From Nemertoderma westbladi (Eukaryota > Animalia > Xenacoelomorpha), in assembly GCA_032718475.1 (NCBI GenBank), contig JAUCBJ010007822.1, positions 124,001-188,000 on the forward strand: DNA of 64,000 bases, read 5' to 3'. Below are positions 1 to 13,707 of the stretch, piece by piece. The position numbers and the translations under genes are program-made. The notes beneath the pieces were generated by a model. It ran no database searches, had not been told where the DNA came from, and saw only the letters and a list, made by a program, of their open reading frames with translations. Every line of letters begins with the position of its first letter. Position 1 is the first letter of the stretch.

Positions 1-334
1 TCTCGGTGTGGGATATCGGTGGAAGGGAGTTGAGTTTGGCCTCGACCGAGGGAGTTAGGAGATGGACGAAGACCGGCGAGAACGGGTTGCTGTCCAGCGG
101 CTCCCCTTTATACATCTCGTAGAGAAGGAACAAGGCGATAAGCCGTTGCACTGGTTCGGGGAACAGGTCCGGTTGTTGTAAGAGAAGAACGATGGAACTT
201 CCCACGTTAAAGTGGCTGGATTTAGGGAACGCCGTGTGGAATTGCACTGTAATCGCTTCGAACGATATGTTTGCTGTGTAATCGTCGGTTAATAGCTGCA
301 TTAGCGATGTTTGCTCTAGAGATGTCAACGCCAT
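1..334 (-). CDS. CNOT11: CCR4-NOT complex subunit 11, N-terminal part (continues beyond left edge)
   Basis: Not in the ORF track; translated by hand from ATG at 334: MALTSLEQTSLMQLLTDDYTANISFEAITVQFHTAFPKSSHFNVGSSIVLLLQQPDLFPEPVQRLIALFLLYEMYKGEPLDSNPFSPVFVHLL...LPPISHTE. This matches the remembered CNOT11/C2orf29 N-terminal motifs (LLQQPDL..QRL.AL.LL.EMY..EPL..NPF). The frame is open to position 1. Confidence 0.85.
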   Translation of the reverse strand, partial: MALTSLEQTSLMQLLTDDYTANISFEAITVQFHTAFPKSSHFNVGSSIVLLLQQPDLFPEPVQRLIALFLLYEMYKGEPLDSNPFSPVFVHLLTPSVEAKLNSLPPISHTE

Positions 335-715
335 TTCGTAACATTGAAACAGTCCAGCCAGCAGTCTGTCTGTCTGTGGCAACATGCAATATTGACGTCG
401 GCGTCTGGCAAATATGAAATGCGTTTAAAGTTGTAAGAATATTTATTCAAATATATAATAACTCTAATACCGTAATGTAGATTCAAACATAGATACGATT
501 GAGGTACAGACAGATCACAGATCAGCAGATAGAGGTATGCCAATGCAAGTATGCCTACCTACAACAACATTTTATCTGTAATCAATAGGTAATGTGTTCT
601 TTCAGTTACTACTTTCAGTTAAAATACAGCTTGCCAACACATTGTTACTATCAACTTTCAGATACTAACAGGCTGACATGGCATTTTTTTGCTCCAAAAA
701 AGGCCTCGGTCAGTC

Positions 716-3700
716 TCTGTGGGAAAATACTTTTATTACAATTTCGTTACTACCCGGTGTCTGTGAGAAAATACTTTTATTACAATTTCGTTACTACCCG
801 GTGTCTGTGGGAAAATACTTATATTACAATTTCGTTACTACCCGGTGTCTGTGAGAAAATACTTTTATTACAATTTCGTTACTACCCGGTGTCTGTGAGG
901 AAATACTTTTATTACAATTTCGTTACTACCCGGTGTCTGTGAGAAAATACTTTTATTACAATTTCGTTACTACCCGGTGTCTGTGGGAAAATACTTTTAT
1001 TACAATTTCGTTACTTCCCGGTGTCTGTGAGAAAATACTTTTATTACAATTTCGTTACTACCCGGTGTCTGTGAGAAAATACTTTTATTGCAATTTCGTT
1101 ACTACCCGGTGTCTGTGAGAAAATTAATACTTTTATTACAATTTCGTTACTACCCGGTGTCTGTGGGAAAATACTTTTATTACAATTTCGTTACTACCCG
1201 GTGTCTGTGAGAAAATACTTTTATTACAATTTCGTTACTACCCGGTGTCTGTGAGAAAATACTTTTATTACAATTTGTCACTACCCGGTGTCTGTGGGAA
1301 AATACTTTTATTACAATATCGTTACTACCCGGTGTCTGTGAGAAAATAGTTTTATTACAATTTCGTTACTACCCGGTGTCTGTGAGAAAATACTTTTATT
1401 ACAATTTCGTTACTACCCGGTGTCTTTGAGAAAATACTTTTATTACAATTTCGTTACTACCCAGTGTCTGTGGGAAAATACTTTTATTACAATTTCGTTA
1501 CTACCCGGTGTCTGTGAGAAAATACTTTTATTACAGTTTCGTTACTACCCGGTGTCTGTGAGAAAATACTTTTATTACAATTTCGTTACTACCCGGTGTC
1601 TGTGGGAAAATACTTTTATTACAATTTCGTTACTACCCGGTGTCTGTGAGAAAATACTTTTATTACAATTTCGTTACTACCTGGTGTCTGTGAAAAAATA
1701 CTTTTATTACAATTTCGTTACTACCCGGTGTCTGTGGGAAAATACTTTTATTACAATTTCGTTACTACCCGGTGTCTGTGAGAAAACACTTTTATTACAA
1801 TTTCGTTACTACCCGGTGTCTGTGAGAAAATACTTTTATTACAATTTCGTTACTACCCGGTGTCTGTGAGAAAATACTTTTATTACAATTTCGTTACTAC
1901 CCGGTGTCTGTGAGAAAATACTTTCATTACAATTTCGTTACTACCTGGTGTCTGTGGGAAAATACTTTTATTACAATTTCGTTACTACCCGGTGTTTGTG
2001 AGAAAATACTTTTATTACAATTTCGTTACTAACCGGTGTCTGTGAGAAAATACTTTTATTACAATTTCGTTACTACCCAGTGTCTGTGGGAAAATAATTT
2101 TATTACAATTTCGTTACTACCCGGTGTCTGTGAGAAAATACTTTTATTACAATTTCGTTACTACCCGGTGTCTGTGGGAAAATACTTTTATTACAATTTC
2201 GTTACTACCCGGTGTCTGTGAGAAAATACTTTTATTACAATTTCGTTACTACCCGGTGTCTGTGAGAAAATACTTTTATTACAATTTCGTTACTACCCGG
2301 TGTCTGTGAGAAAATACTTTTATTACAATTTCGTTACAACCCGGTGTTTGTGAGAAAATACTTTTATTACAATTTCGTTACTACCCGGTGTCTGTGGGAA
2401 AATACTTTTATTACAATTTCGTTACTACCCGGTGTATGTGAGAAAATACTTTTATTACAATTTCGTTACTACCCGGTGTCTGTGGGAAAATACTTTTATT
2501 ACAATATCGTTACTACCCGGTGTCTGTGAGAAAATACTTTTATTACAATTTCGTTACTACCCGGTGTCTGTTAGAAAATACTTTTATTACAATTTCGTTA
2601 CTACCCGGTGTCTTTGAGAAAATACTTTTATTACAATTTCGTTACTACCCGGTGTCTGTGGGAAAATACTTTTATTACAATTTCGTTACTACCCGGTGTC
2701 TGTGAGAAAATACTTTTATTACAATTTCGTTACTACCCGGTGTCTGTGGGAAAATACTTTTATTACAATTTCGTTACTACCCGGTGTCTGTGAGAAAATA
2801 CTTTTATTACAATTTCGTTACTACCCGGTGTCTGTGAGAAAATACTTTTATTACAATTTCGTTACTACCCGGTGTCTGTGAGAAAATACTTTTATTACAA
2901 TTTCGTTACTACCCGATGTCTGTGAGAAAATACTTTTATTACAATTTCGTTACTACCCGGTGTCTGTGAGAAAATACTTTTATTACAATTTCGTTAATAC
3001 CCGGTGTCTGTGAGAAAACACTTTTATTACAATTTCGTTACTACCCGGTGTCTGTGGGAAAATACTTTTATTACAATTTCGTTACTACCCGGTGTCTGTG
3101 AGAAAATACTTTTATTACAATTTCGTTACTACCCGGTGTCTGTGAGAAAATACTTTTATTACAATTTCGTTACTACCCAGTGTCTGTGGGAAAATACTTT
3201 TATTACAATTTCGTTACTACCCGGTGTCTGTGAGAAAATACTTTTATTACAATTTCGTTACTACCCGGTGTCTGTGAGAAAATACTTTTATTACAATTTC
3301 GTTACTACCCGGTGTCTGTGAGAAAATACTTTTATTACAATTTCGTTACTACCCGGTGTCTGTGAGAAAATACTTTTATTACAATTTCGTTACTACCCGG
3401 TGTCTGTGGGAAAATACTTTTATTACAATTTCGTTACTACCCGGTGTCTGTGAGAAAATACTTTTATTACAATTTCGTTACTACCCGGTGTCTGTGAGAA
3501 AATACTTTTATTACAATTTCGTTACTACCCGGTGTCTGTGAGAAAATACTTTTATTACAATTTCGTTACTACCTGGTGTCTGTGAGAAAATACTTTTATT
3601 ACAATTTCGTTACTTCATGGTGTCTGTGGGAAAATACTTTTATTACAATTTCGTTACTACCCGGTGTATGTGAGAAAATACTTTTATTACAATTTCGTTA

Positions 3701-6700
3701 CTACCCGGTGTCTGTGGGAAAATACTTTTATTACAATATCGTTACTACCCGGTGTCTGTGAGAAAATACTTTTATTACAATTTTGTTACTACCCGGTGTC
3801 TGTGAGAAAATACTTTTATTACAATTTCGTTACTACCCGGTGTCTTTGAGAAAGTACTTTTATTACAATTTCGTTACTACCCGGTGTCTGTGGGAAAATA
3901 CTTTTATTACAATTTCGTTACTACCCGGTGTCTGTGGGAAAATACTTTTATTACAATATCGTTACTACCCGGTGTCTGTGAGAAAATACTTTTATTACAA
4001 TTTCGTTACTACCCGGTGTCTGTGAGAAAATACTTTTATTACAATTTTGTTACTACCCGGTGTCTTTGAGAAAATACTTTTATTACAATTTCGTTACTAC
4101 CCGGTGTCTGTGGGAAAATACTTTTATTACAATTTCGTTACTACCCGGTGTCTGTGAGAAAATACTTTTATTACAATTTCGTTACTACCCGGTGTCTTTG
4201 AGAAAATACTTTTATTACAATTTCGTTACTACCCGGTGTCTGTGGGAAAATACTTTTATTACAATTTCGTTACTACCCGGTGTCTGTGGGAAAATACTTT
4301 TATTACAATATCGTTACTACCCGGTGTCTGTGAGAAAATACTTTTATTACAATTTCGTTACTACCCGGTGTCTGTGAGAAAATACTTTTATTACAATTTC
4401 GTTACTACCCGGTGTCTTTGAGAAAATACTTTTATTACAATTTCGTTACTACCCGGTGTCTGTGGGAAAATACTTTTATTACAATTTCGTTACTACCTGG
4501 TGTCTGTGAGAAAATACTTTTATTACAATTTCGTTACTACCCGGTGTCTGTGAGAAAATACTTTTATTACAATTTCGTTACTACCCGGTGTCTGTGAGAA
4601 AATACTTTTATTACAATTTCGTTACTACCCAGTGTCTGTGGGAAAATACTTTTATTACAATTTCGTTACTACCCGGTGTCTGTGAGAAAATACTTTTATT
4701 ACAATTTCGTTACTACCCGGTGTCTGTGAGAAAATACTTTTATTACAATTTCGTTACTACCCGGTGTCTGTGGGAAAATACTTTTATTACAATTTCGTTA
4801 CTACCCGGTGTCTGTGAGAAAATACTTTTATTACAATTTCGTTACTACCCGGTGTCTTTGAGAAAATACTTTTATTACAATTTCGTTACTACCCAGTGTC
4901 TGTGGGAAAATACTTTTATTACAATTTCGTTACTACCCGGTGTCTGTGAGAAAATACTTTTATTACAGTTTCGTTACTACCCGGTGTCTGTGAGAAAATA
5001 CTTTTATTACAATTTCGTTACTACCCGGTGTCTGTGGGAAAATACTTTTATTACAATTTCGTTACTACCCGGTGTCTGTGAGAAAATACTTTTATTACAA
5101 TTTCGTTACTACCTGGTGTCTGTGAAAAAATACTTTTATTACAATTTCGTTACTACCCGGTGTCTGTGGGAAAATACTTTTATTACAATTTCGTTACTAC
5201 CCGGTGTCTGTGAGAAAACACTTTTATTACAATTTCGTTACTACCCGGTGTCTGTGAGAAAATACTTTTATTACAATTTCGTTACTACCCGGTGTCTGTG
5301 AGAAAATACTTTTATTACAATTTCGTTACTACCCGGTGTCTGTGAGAAAATACTTTCATTACAATTTCGTTACTACCTGGTGTCTGTGGGAAAATACTTT
5401 TATTACAATTTCGTTACTACCCGGTGTTTGTGAGAAAATACTTTTATTACAATTTCGTTACTAACCGGTGTCTGTGAGAAAATACTTTTATTACAATTTC
5501 GTTACTACCCAGTGTCTGTGGGAAAATAATTTTATTACAATTTCGTTACTACCCGGTGTCTGTGAGAAAATACTTTTATTACAATTTCGTTACTACCCGG
5601 TGTCTGTGGGAAAATACTTTTATTACAATTTCGTTACTACCCGGTGTCTGTGAGAAAATACTTTTATTACAATTTCGTTACTACCCGGTGTCTGTGAGAA
5701 AATACTTTTATTACAATTTCGTTACTACCCGGTGTCTGTGAGAAAATACTTTTATTACAATTTCGTTACAACCCGGTGTCTGTGAGAAAATACTTTTATT
5801 ACAATTTCGTTACTACCCGGTGTCTGTGGGAAAATACTTTTATTACAATTTCGTTACTACCCGGTGTATGTGGGAAAATACTTTTATTACAATTTCGTTA
5901 CTACCCGGTGTCTGTGGGAAAATACTTTTATTACAATATCGTTACTACCCGGTGTCTGTGAGAAAATACTTTTATTACAATTTCGTTACTACCCGGTGTC
6001 TGTTAGAAAATACTTTTATTACAATTTCGTTACTACCCGGTGTCTTTGAGAACATACTTTTATTACAATTTCGTTACTACCCGGTGTCTGTGGGAAAATA
6101 CTTTTATTACAATTTCGTTACTACCCGGTGTCTGTGGGAAAATACTTTTATTACAATATCGTACTACCCGGAGTCTGTGAGAAAATACTTTTATTACAAT
6201 TTCGTTACTACCCGGTGTCTGTGAGAAAATACTTTTATTACAATTTCGTTACTACCCGGTGTCTTTGAGAAAATACTTTTATTACAATTTCGTTACTACC
6301 CGGTGTCTGTGGGAAAATACTTTTATTACAATTTTGTTACTACCCGGTGTCTGTGAGAAAATACTTTTATTACAATTTCGTTACTACCCGGTGTCTGTGA
6401 GAAAATACTTTCATTACAATTTCGTTACTACCTGGTGTCTGTGGGAAAATACTTTTATTACAATTTCGTTACTACCCGGTGTTTGTGAGAAAATACTTTT
6501 ATTACAATTTCGTTACTAACCGGTGTCTGTGAGAAAATACTTTTATTACAATTTCGTTACTACCCAGTGTCTGTGGGAAAATAATTTTATTACAATTTCG
6601 TTACTACCCGGTGTCTGTGAGAAAATACTTTTATTACAATTTCGTTACTACCCGGTGTCTGTGGGAAAATACTTTTATTACAATTTCGTTACTACCCGGT

Positions 6701-8848
6701 GTCTGTGAGAAAATACTTTTATTACAATTTCGTTACTACCCGGTGTCTGTGAGAAAATACTTTTATTACAATTTCGTTACTACCCGGTGTCTGTGAGAAA
6801 ATACTTTTATTACAATTTCGTTACAACCCGGTGTCTGTGAGAAAATACTTTTATTACAATTTCGTTACTACCCGGTGTCTGTGGGAAAATACTTTTATTA
6901 CAATTTCGTTACTACCCGGTGTATGTGGGAAAATACTTTTATTACAATTTCGTTACTACCCGGTGTCTGTGGGAAAATACTTTTATTACAATATCGTTAC
7001 TACCCGGTGTCTGTGAGAAAATACTTTTATTACAATTTCGTTACTACCCGGTGTCTGTTAGAAAATACTTTTATTACAATTTCGTTACTACCCGGTGTCT
7101 TTGAGAACATACTTTTATTACAATTTCGTTACTACCCGGTGTCTGTGGGAAAATACTTTTATTACAATTTCGTTACTACCCGGTGTCTGTGGGAAAATAC
7201 TTTTATTACAATATCGTTACTACCCGGAGTCTGTGAGAAAATACTTTTATTACAATTTCGTTACTACCCGGTGTCTGTGAGAAAATACTTTTATTACAAT
7301 TTCGTTACTACCCGGTGTCTGTGAGAAAATACTTTTATTACAATTTCGTTACTACCCGGTGTCTGTGGGAAAATACTTTTATTACAATTTGTTACTACCC
7401 GGTGTCTGTGAGAAAATACTTTTATTACAATTTCGTTACTACCCGGTGTCTGTGAGAAAATACTTTTATTACAATTTCGTTACTACCCGGTGTCTGTGAG
7501 AAAATACTTTTATTACAATTTCGTTACTACCCGGTGTCTGTGGGAAAATACTTTTATTACAATTTCGTTACTACCCGGTGTCTGTGAGAAAATACTTTTA
7601 TTACAATTTCGTTACTACCCGGTGTCTGTGAGAAAATACTTTTATTACAATTTCGTTACTACCCGGTGTCTGTGGGAAAATACTTTTATTACAATTTCGT
7701 TACTACCCGGTGTCTGTGGGAAAATACTTTTATTACAATTTCGTTACTACCCGGTGTCTGTGAGAAAATACTTTTATTACAATTTCGTTACTACCCGGTG
7801 TCTGTGAGAAAATACTTTTATTACAATTTCGTTACTACCCGGTGTCTGTGAGAAAATACTTTTATTACAATTTCGTTACTATCCGTTGTCTGTGAGAAAA
7901 TACTTTTATTACAATTTCGTTACTACCCGGTGTCTGTGGGAAAATACTTTTATTACAATTTCGTTACTACCCGGTGTCTGTGAGAAAATACTTTTATTAC
8001 AATTTCGTTACTACCCGATGTCTGTGAGAAAATACTTTTATTACAATTTCGTTACTACCCGGTGTCTGTGAGAAAATACTTTTATTACAATTTCGTTACT
8101 ACCCGGTGTCTGTGGGAAAATACTTTTATTACAATTTCGTTACTACCCGATGTCTGTGGGAAAATACTTTTATTACAATTTCGTTACTACCCGGTGTCTG
8201 TGAGAAAATACTTTTATTACAATTTCGTTACTACCCGGTGTCTGTGGGAAAATACTTTTATTACAATTTCGTTACTACCCGGTGTCTGTGAGAAAATACT
8301 TTTATTACAATTTCGTTACTACCCGGTGTCTGTGGGAAAATACTTTTATTACAATTTCGTTACTACCCGGTGTCTGTGGGAAAATACTTTTATTACAATT
8401 TCGTTACTACCTGGTGTCTGTGAGAAAATACTTTTATTACAATTTCGTTACTACCTGGTGTCTGTGAGAAAATACTTTTATTACAATTTCGTTACTACCC
8501 GGTGTCTGTGAGAAAATACTTTTACTACAATTTCGTTACTACCCGGTGTCTGTGAGAAAATACTTTTATTACAATTTCGTTACTACCCGGTGTCTGTGAG
8601 AAAATACTTTTATTACAATTTCGTTACTACCCGGTGTCTGTGAGAAAATACTTTTATTACAATTTCGTTACTATCCGGTGTCTGTGAGAAAATACTTTTA
8701 TTACAATTTCGTTACTACCCGGTGTCTGTGAGAAAATACTTTTATTACAATTTCGTTACTACCCGGTGTCTGTGAGAAAATACTTTTATTACAATTTCGT
8801 TACTACCCGTTACTACCCGTTACTTCCCGGTGTCTGCGAGGAAATACT
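716..8848. repeat. 44-bp tandem satellite, roughly 185 copies
   Basis: Unit GGTGTCTGTG(A/G)GAAAATACTTTTATTACAATTTCGTTACTACCC repeated head-to-tail with sparse variants. It explains all ORF-track calls between 592 and 8511. Confidence 0.98.
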
Positions 8849-9312
8849 CAAAGTTGATGAGTTTTCCCGGATTCCTTGGGAAAATTTCGGGAGAAAACTC
8901 GGTATTTAAGTTTTAGCTTTCAATATCAATAGCTACAGTCTGACTGTATCACCAAATGATAATAGTGAATTGAATAGCATACAACACTTTTAGAAATGTT
9001 TGCTGCTACAGTTTGGGTAACGCTTAAAGAAAGTTTTTCTTCAGTACAGTATAGTAGTATACAGTATTCCCCAGTATATTGTATTAACAATTTATAAAGT
9101 TGGCCTTTTCTTTTCTATACGGCATATAACTGTATGTATAGGCATATAGGATTCAATTTATCGTAAATATGGGATTGTGATTGGACACCCATTATTTAAT
9201 GAATATAAAATTAATCCTTGAACTTATTCATTCTAAAGTCCATCCTACGTGCTATTGTTCACTGTATACAGTATTGCAGTTAGTAACAATAAACAAATAA
9301 CTAGTTTATTGA

Positions 9313-10135
9313 ATATGTGGCAGTGAACGCGAAAAGGTACCTTAAGGTGAAAATGAGGTTTTTGAGTTAGATATTTCATGTGATTGGCCAACATCTCAGC
9401 TCTCTAATGAGCTATAAATCATCCTGATTGGATGAGTACATCAGGAGTTATTAGAATTTAAGTATTGGCACGACAACCAGATGGAAAATATATTATTACG
9501 AGTAAATCGCGTTTAAAGTTTTTGTTGTATTTTAATTGTCGTAGGGATTACTTACAAAATATCTTGAAAGTGAGTTTACTAAATTGGAGTGGGGCGGGGG
9601 TTGTGTTGTGATGTTGAGGCTTGAGGGGCAAAATGTGTAACAGGAATGTGCATTAGCAAACTAATGAACAACTATGCTGCCTTTTTTTTCTAGCCAGGAC
9701 TTCGAGCAGCACGTGAACAACTATGCTGGGTTTTTATCTAATCTGGGACTCCGAGCAGTACATGAACAACTAAGAGAGCGATTGACAAGCAAACATATTG
9801 AAAATAACTGGAAGATAGTTTTCTATTGGAATAATAAGGCATATAAATTAATTTATAAGAGTAAATCTACATAGAACAACATAATATCTACCGGGAATGA
9901 GATTTAAATTTCAAAACTTCTGACTACCCTCAATCAAAGCTGACTATCTCCAAAACTAAGCTAGCTGTTAACATACCGTTAACAGATTTGGATTCCTCAT
10001 TAAAAACTGCATATATCACATTGAAAATAAAAAAATTGAAAATTTTGACTTGAAAATGAAATTTTTCTTTAAATACGATTTTCTCAAAACGTAATTTTCA
10101 CCTTAAGGTACCTTTTCGCTTTCACCGCCACATAT
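9313..10135. mobile_element. Non-autonomous DNA transposon (MITE-like) with ~45-55 bp terminal inverted repeats
   Basis: Left end ATATGTGGCAGTGAACGCGAAAAGGTACCTTAAGGTGAAAAT versus right end ATTTTCACCTTAAGGTACCTTTTCGCTTTCACCGCCACATAT (2 mismatches). No transposase ORF. No TSD resolved. Confidence 0.8.
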
Positions 10136-10271
10136 GGTGAAATAGTTTATAGGTGTACCACTCAATTTAAGTAGGTCCGTTAAACTATATTTAAAGTGTT
10201 TAATTTTTAGCGAATATTTATATTGTTATTATTATTTTAATAGGCCTCTTTGCATCAAAATAGAACGTAGC

Positions 10272-12282
10272 CCAATCTACTAAATAGTAAAACATTAGTG
10301 ACGTAGGCCAATCTACTAAATAGTAAAACATTAGTGACGTAGGCCAATCTACTACTGTAAATAGTAAAATATTAGTGACGTAGGCCAATCTACTAAATAG
10401 TAAAACATTAGTGACGTAGGCAAATCTACTAAATAGTAAAACATTAGTGACGTAGGCCAATCTACTAAATAGTAAAACATTAGTGACGTAGGCCAATCTA
10501 CTAAATAGTAAAACATTAGTGACGTAGGCCAATCTACTAAATAGTAAAACATAAGTGACGTAGGCCAATCTACTAAATAGTAAAATATTAGTGACGTAGG
10601 CCAATCTACTAAATAGTAAAACATTAGTGACGTAGGCAAATCTACTAAATAGTAAAACATTAGTGACGTAGGCCAATCTACTAAATAGTAAAACATTAGT
10701 GACGTAGGCCAATCTACTACTGTAAATAGTAAAATATTAGTGACGTAGGCCAATCTACTAAATAGTAAAACATTAGTGACGTAGGCAAATCTACTAAATA
10801 GTAAAACATTAGTGACGTAGGCCAATCTACTAAATAGTAAAACATTAGTGACGTAGGCCAATCTACTAAATAGTAAAACATTAGTGACGTAGGCCAATCT
10901 ACTAAATAGTAAAACATAAGTGACGTAGGCCAATCTACTAAATAGTAAAACATTAGTGACGTAGGCCAATCTACTAAATAGTAAAACATTACTGACGTAG
11001 GCCAATCTACTAAATAGTAAAACATAAGTGACGTAGGCCAATCTACTAAATAGTAAAACATTAGTGACGTAGGCCAATCTACTAAATAGTAAAACATTAG
11101 TGACGTAGGCCAATCTACTAAATAGTAAAACATAAGTGACGTAGGCCAATCTACTAAATAGTAAAACATTAGTGACGTAGGCCAATCTACTACTGTAAAT
11201 AGTAAAATATTAGTGACGTAGGCCAATCTACTAAATAGTAAAACATTAGTGACGTAGGCAAATCTACTAAATAGTAAAACATTAGTGACGTAGGCCAATC
11301 TACTAAATAGTAAAACATTAGTGACGTAGGCCAATCTACTAAATAGTAAAACATTAGTGACGTAGGCCAATCTACTACTGTAAATAGTAAAATATTAGTG
11401 ACGTAGGCCAATCTACTAAATAGTAAAACATTAGTGACGTAGGCAAATCTACTAAATAGTAAAACATTAGTGACGTAGGCCAATCTACTAAATAGTAAAA
11501 CATTAGTGACGTAGGCCAATCTACTAAATAGTAAAACATTAGTGACGTAGGCCAATCTACTAAATAGTAAAACATAAGTGACGTAGGCCAATCTACTAAA
11601 TAGTAAAACATTAGTGACGTAGGCCAATCTACTAAATAGTAAAACATTACTGACGTAGGCCAATCTACTAAATAGTAAAACATAAGTGACGTAGGCCAAT
11701 CTACTAAATAGTAAAACATTAGTGACGTAGGCCAATCTACTAAATAGTAAAACATTAGTGACGTAGGCCAATCTACTAAATAGTAAAACATAAGTGACGT
11801 AGGCCAATCTACTAAATAGTAAAACATTAGTGACGTAGGCCAATCTACTACTGTAAATAGTAAAATATTAGTGACGTAGGCCAATCTACTAAATAGTAAA
11901 ACATTAGTGACGTAGGCAAATCTACTAAATAGTAAAACATTAGTGACGTAGGCCAATCTACTAAATAGTAAAACATTAGTGACGTAGGCCAATCTACTAA
12001 ATAGTAAAACATTAGTGACGTAGGCCAATCTACTAAATAGTAAAACATAAGTGACGTAGGCCAATCTACTAAATAGTAAAACATTAGTGACGTAGGCCAA
12101 TCTACTAAATAGTAAAACATTACTGACGTAGGCCAATCTACTAAATAGTAAAACATAAGTGACGTAGGCCAATCTACTAAATAGTAAAACATTAGTGACG
12201 TAGGCCAATCTACTAAATAGTAAAATATTAGTGACGTAGGCCAATCTACTAAATAGTAAAACATTAGTGACGTAGGCCAATG
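10272..12282. repeat. 36-bp tandem satellite, left part (~55 units)
   Basis: Unit AATCTACTAAATAGTAAAACATTAGTGACGTAGGCC, with occasional 41-bp variant units. Confidence 0.98.
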
Positions 12283-12495
12283 CGCCCATGTGAAGAATAC
12301 CAGGATTTCACTTTTCGGTCGAATTTTTATTGGAATTTTATATATGAAGATTTTTTATTTTATTTAATGTATCTTTATTAAGTGTCTCATAGCGCTTATT
12401 TCTGTCTTATAACCTGTACATATACTAATTCGTTTATTGTTTTGGTTAGATTCAGCCCTTCTGTAACCTGTGTTTTTGGTGAAAACCTGGTATTC

Positions 12496-13698
12496 TGTTC
12501 GCGCTTTCAGACTTTTGGCAGTTTAACCCGCCAAATTAGGATGTCTTCTAGATAATAAATCGCTTTTAGCCTCTGACAAGTATTTGATTCACTACACTAG
12601 TTGAAACCAATCTGTGCGCGATCATTCACCCGCTGGATATACCCGGGAGATTGATTTCGACAGCTTAATCTTATTGCTATGTAAGCCTAATGTATTATTC
12701 GACTGACAGTATTATATAATCTCTGACAATATTATTCACCTTCGGGGAATATTAACAGTTCCTTTAGGACGTGGCGCTCTATCTATATAAACAGAGTTAT
12801 GACTTAAACTACTCACAACGATATGGCTTAGTTATAATTCACATATATGGCGCATTCTTTAGGAAATGCTTCGTTATCAGTCTCACTCATACACAATGCT
12901 GCACAATACTGCACACTAATCTGCCGATCTTCACTGATTTTAGTCACATATAAAAGGAACACAGACCGACTCATGTAGGGTCTATCAAATAACATTAGAT
13001 TCACTTCAAACCACTTTAACATAAGTCGCAATCGTTATATGTAACCTGTCTCTCTTACCTTCAGTATATCAAGAATAATGGGGTTTCGGGGTTATTTCTC
13101 GTTATTCCCATATAATATTTCATCACCATATAATGAAGAACCGACAGTAAATAGCAGTATAACAATATAAACGTATGTACGATAAGATAAGTTAAGTTGA
13201 GAGTTGATGTGATGGTGTGATTAGATTTGTTATGTTTGGTATGGTATGGTTGATAACGGATATATGTCCTTATAATTAAGCCTACTAGTGTTAGGCTAAA
13301 AGCAGAAAAACACAGAATATTCCAAAAGCCGTTATTTTCTGGCTTAAGAAAACCAACACACTGAACCCTGTGAGCTATTGCAGGTAGATTTCAACACAGA
13401 AAGGAAAAGCTCTCATTGGCAGAGTTCCATATTCCACAGATTCCAAATCATCTAAAATGCCAAACCTCCCTAGCCTTTGCAGCCCGTAGCTAACACACAG
13501 AATGAATCACTCTGTTTGGTTGACCTTGCTCTGGTTGGTTGATCGAACCGAACAAGGAGGCCGTCGCTAGGCAAAATCAGCCAATCAGCCGGTAGCTTCC
13601 ATCATTCGAGCCAGTGAGCTTTTTAGAGTATTCCAGCGCCTTGGGGGGAACTGGATTGCGTAGCAAAGGGCCAGTTATATCCCACAAAAGCTTTTACA
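12496..13698 (-). repeat. 3' LTR (1203 bp)
   Basis: Direct repeat of 24225-25427 at offset 11729. I saw only about four substitutions by eye. Plus-strand termini are TGTTCG...TTTACA. Confidence 0.95.
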
Positions 13699-13707
13699 CC
13701 GCTCCCA
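13699..13707 (-). other. Putative polypurine tract
   Basis: Minus strand reads GGGAGCGG immediately before the 3' LTR start TGTAAAAG. Confidence 0.55.

Noticed and set aside
592-8511. Many repetitive ORFs in the 44-bp array
   Set aside because: They are translations of a non-triplet satellite cycling through all three frames, with regular stops.
700-8950. TIR element enclosing the 44-bp array, by analogy with the 51-bp array
   Set aside because: I could not find convincing inverted termini or a TSD.
10218-12289. Hydrophobic repeat ORFs (RLAYVTNVLLFS), also at 25423-26727
   Set aside because: By-product of a 36-bp unit; mostly non-ATG starts, no unique domain, and frameshifted by the 41-bp units.
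12771-13031. Short ORFs recurring at 24500-24760 and 62163-62420
   Set aside because: They recur only because they lie in the LTR; no coding signature.
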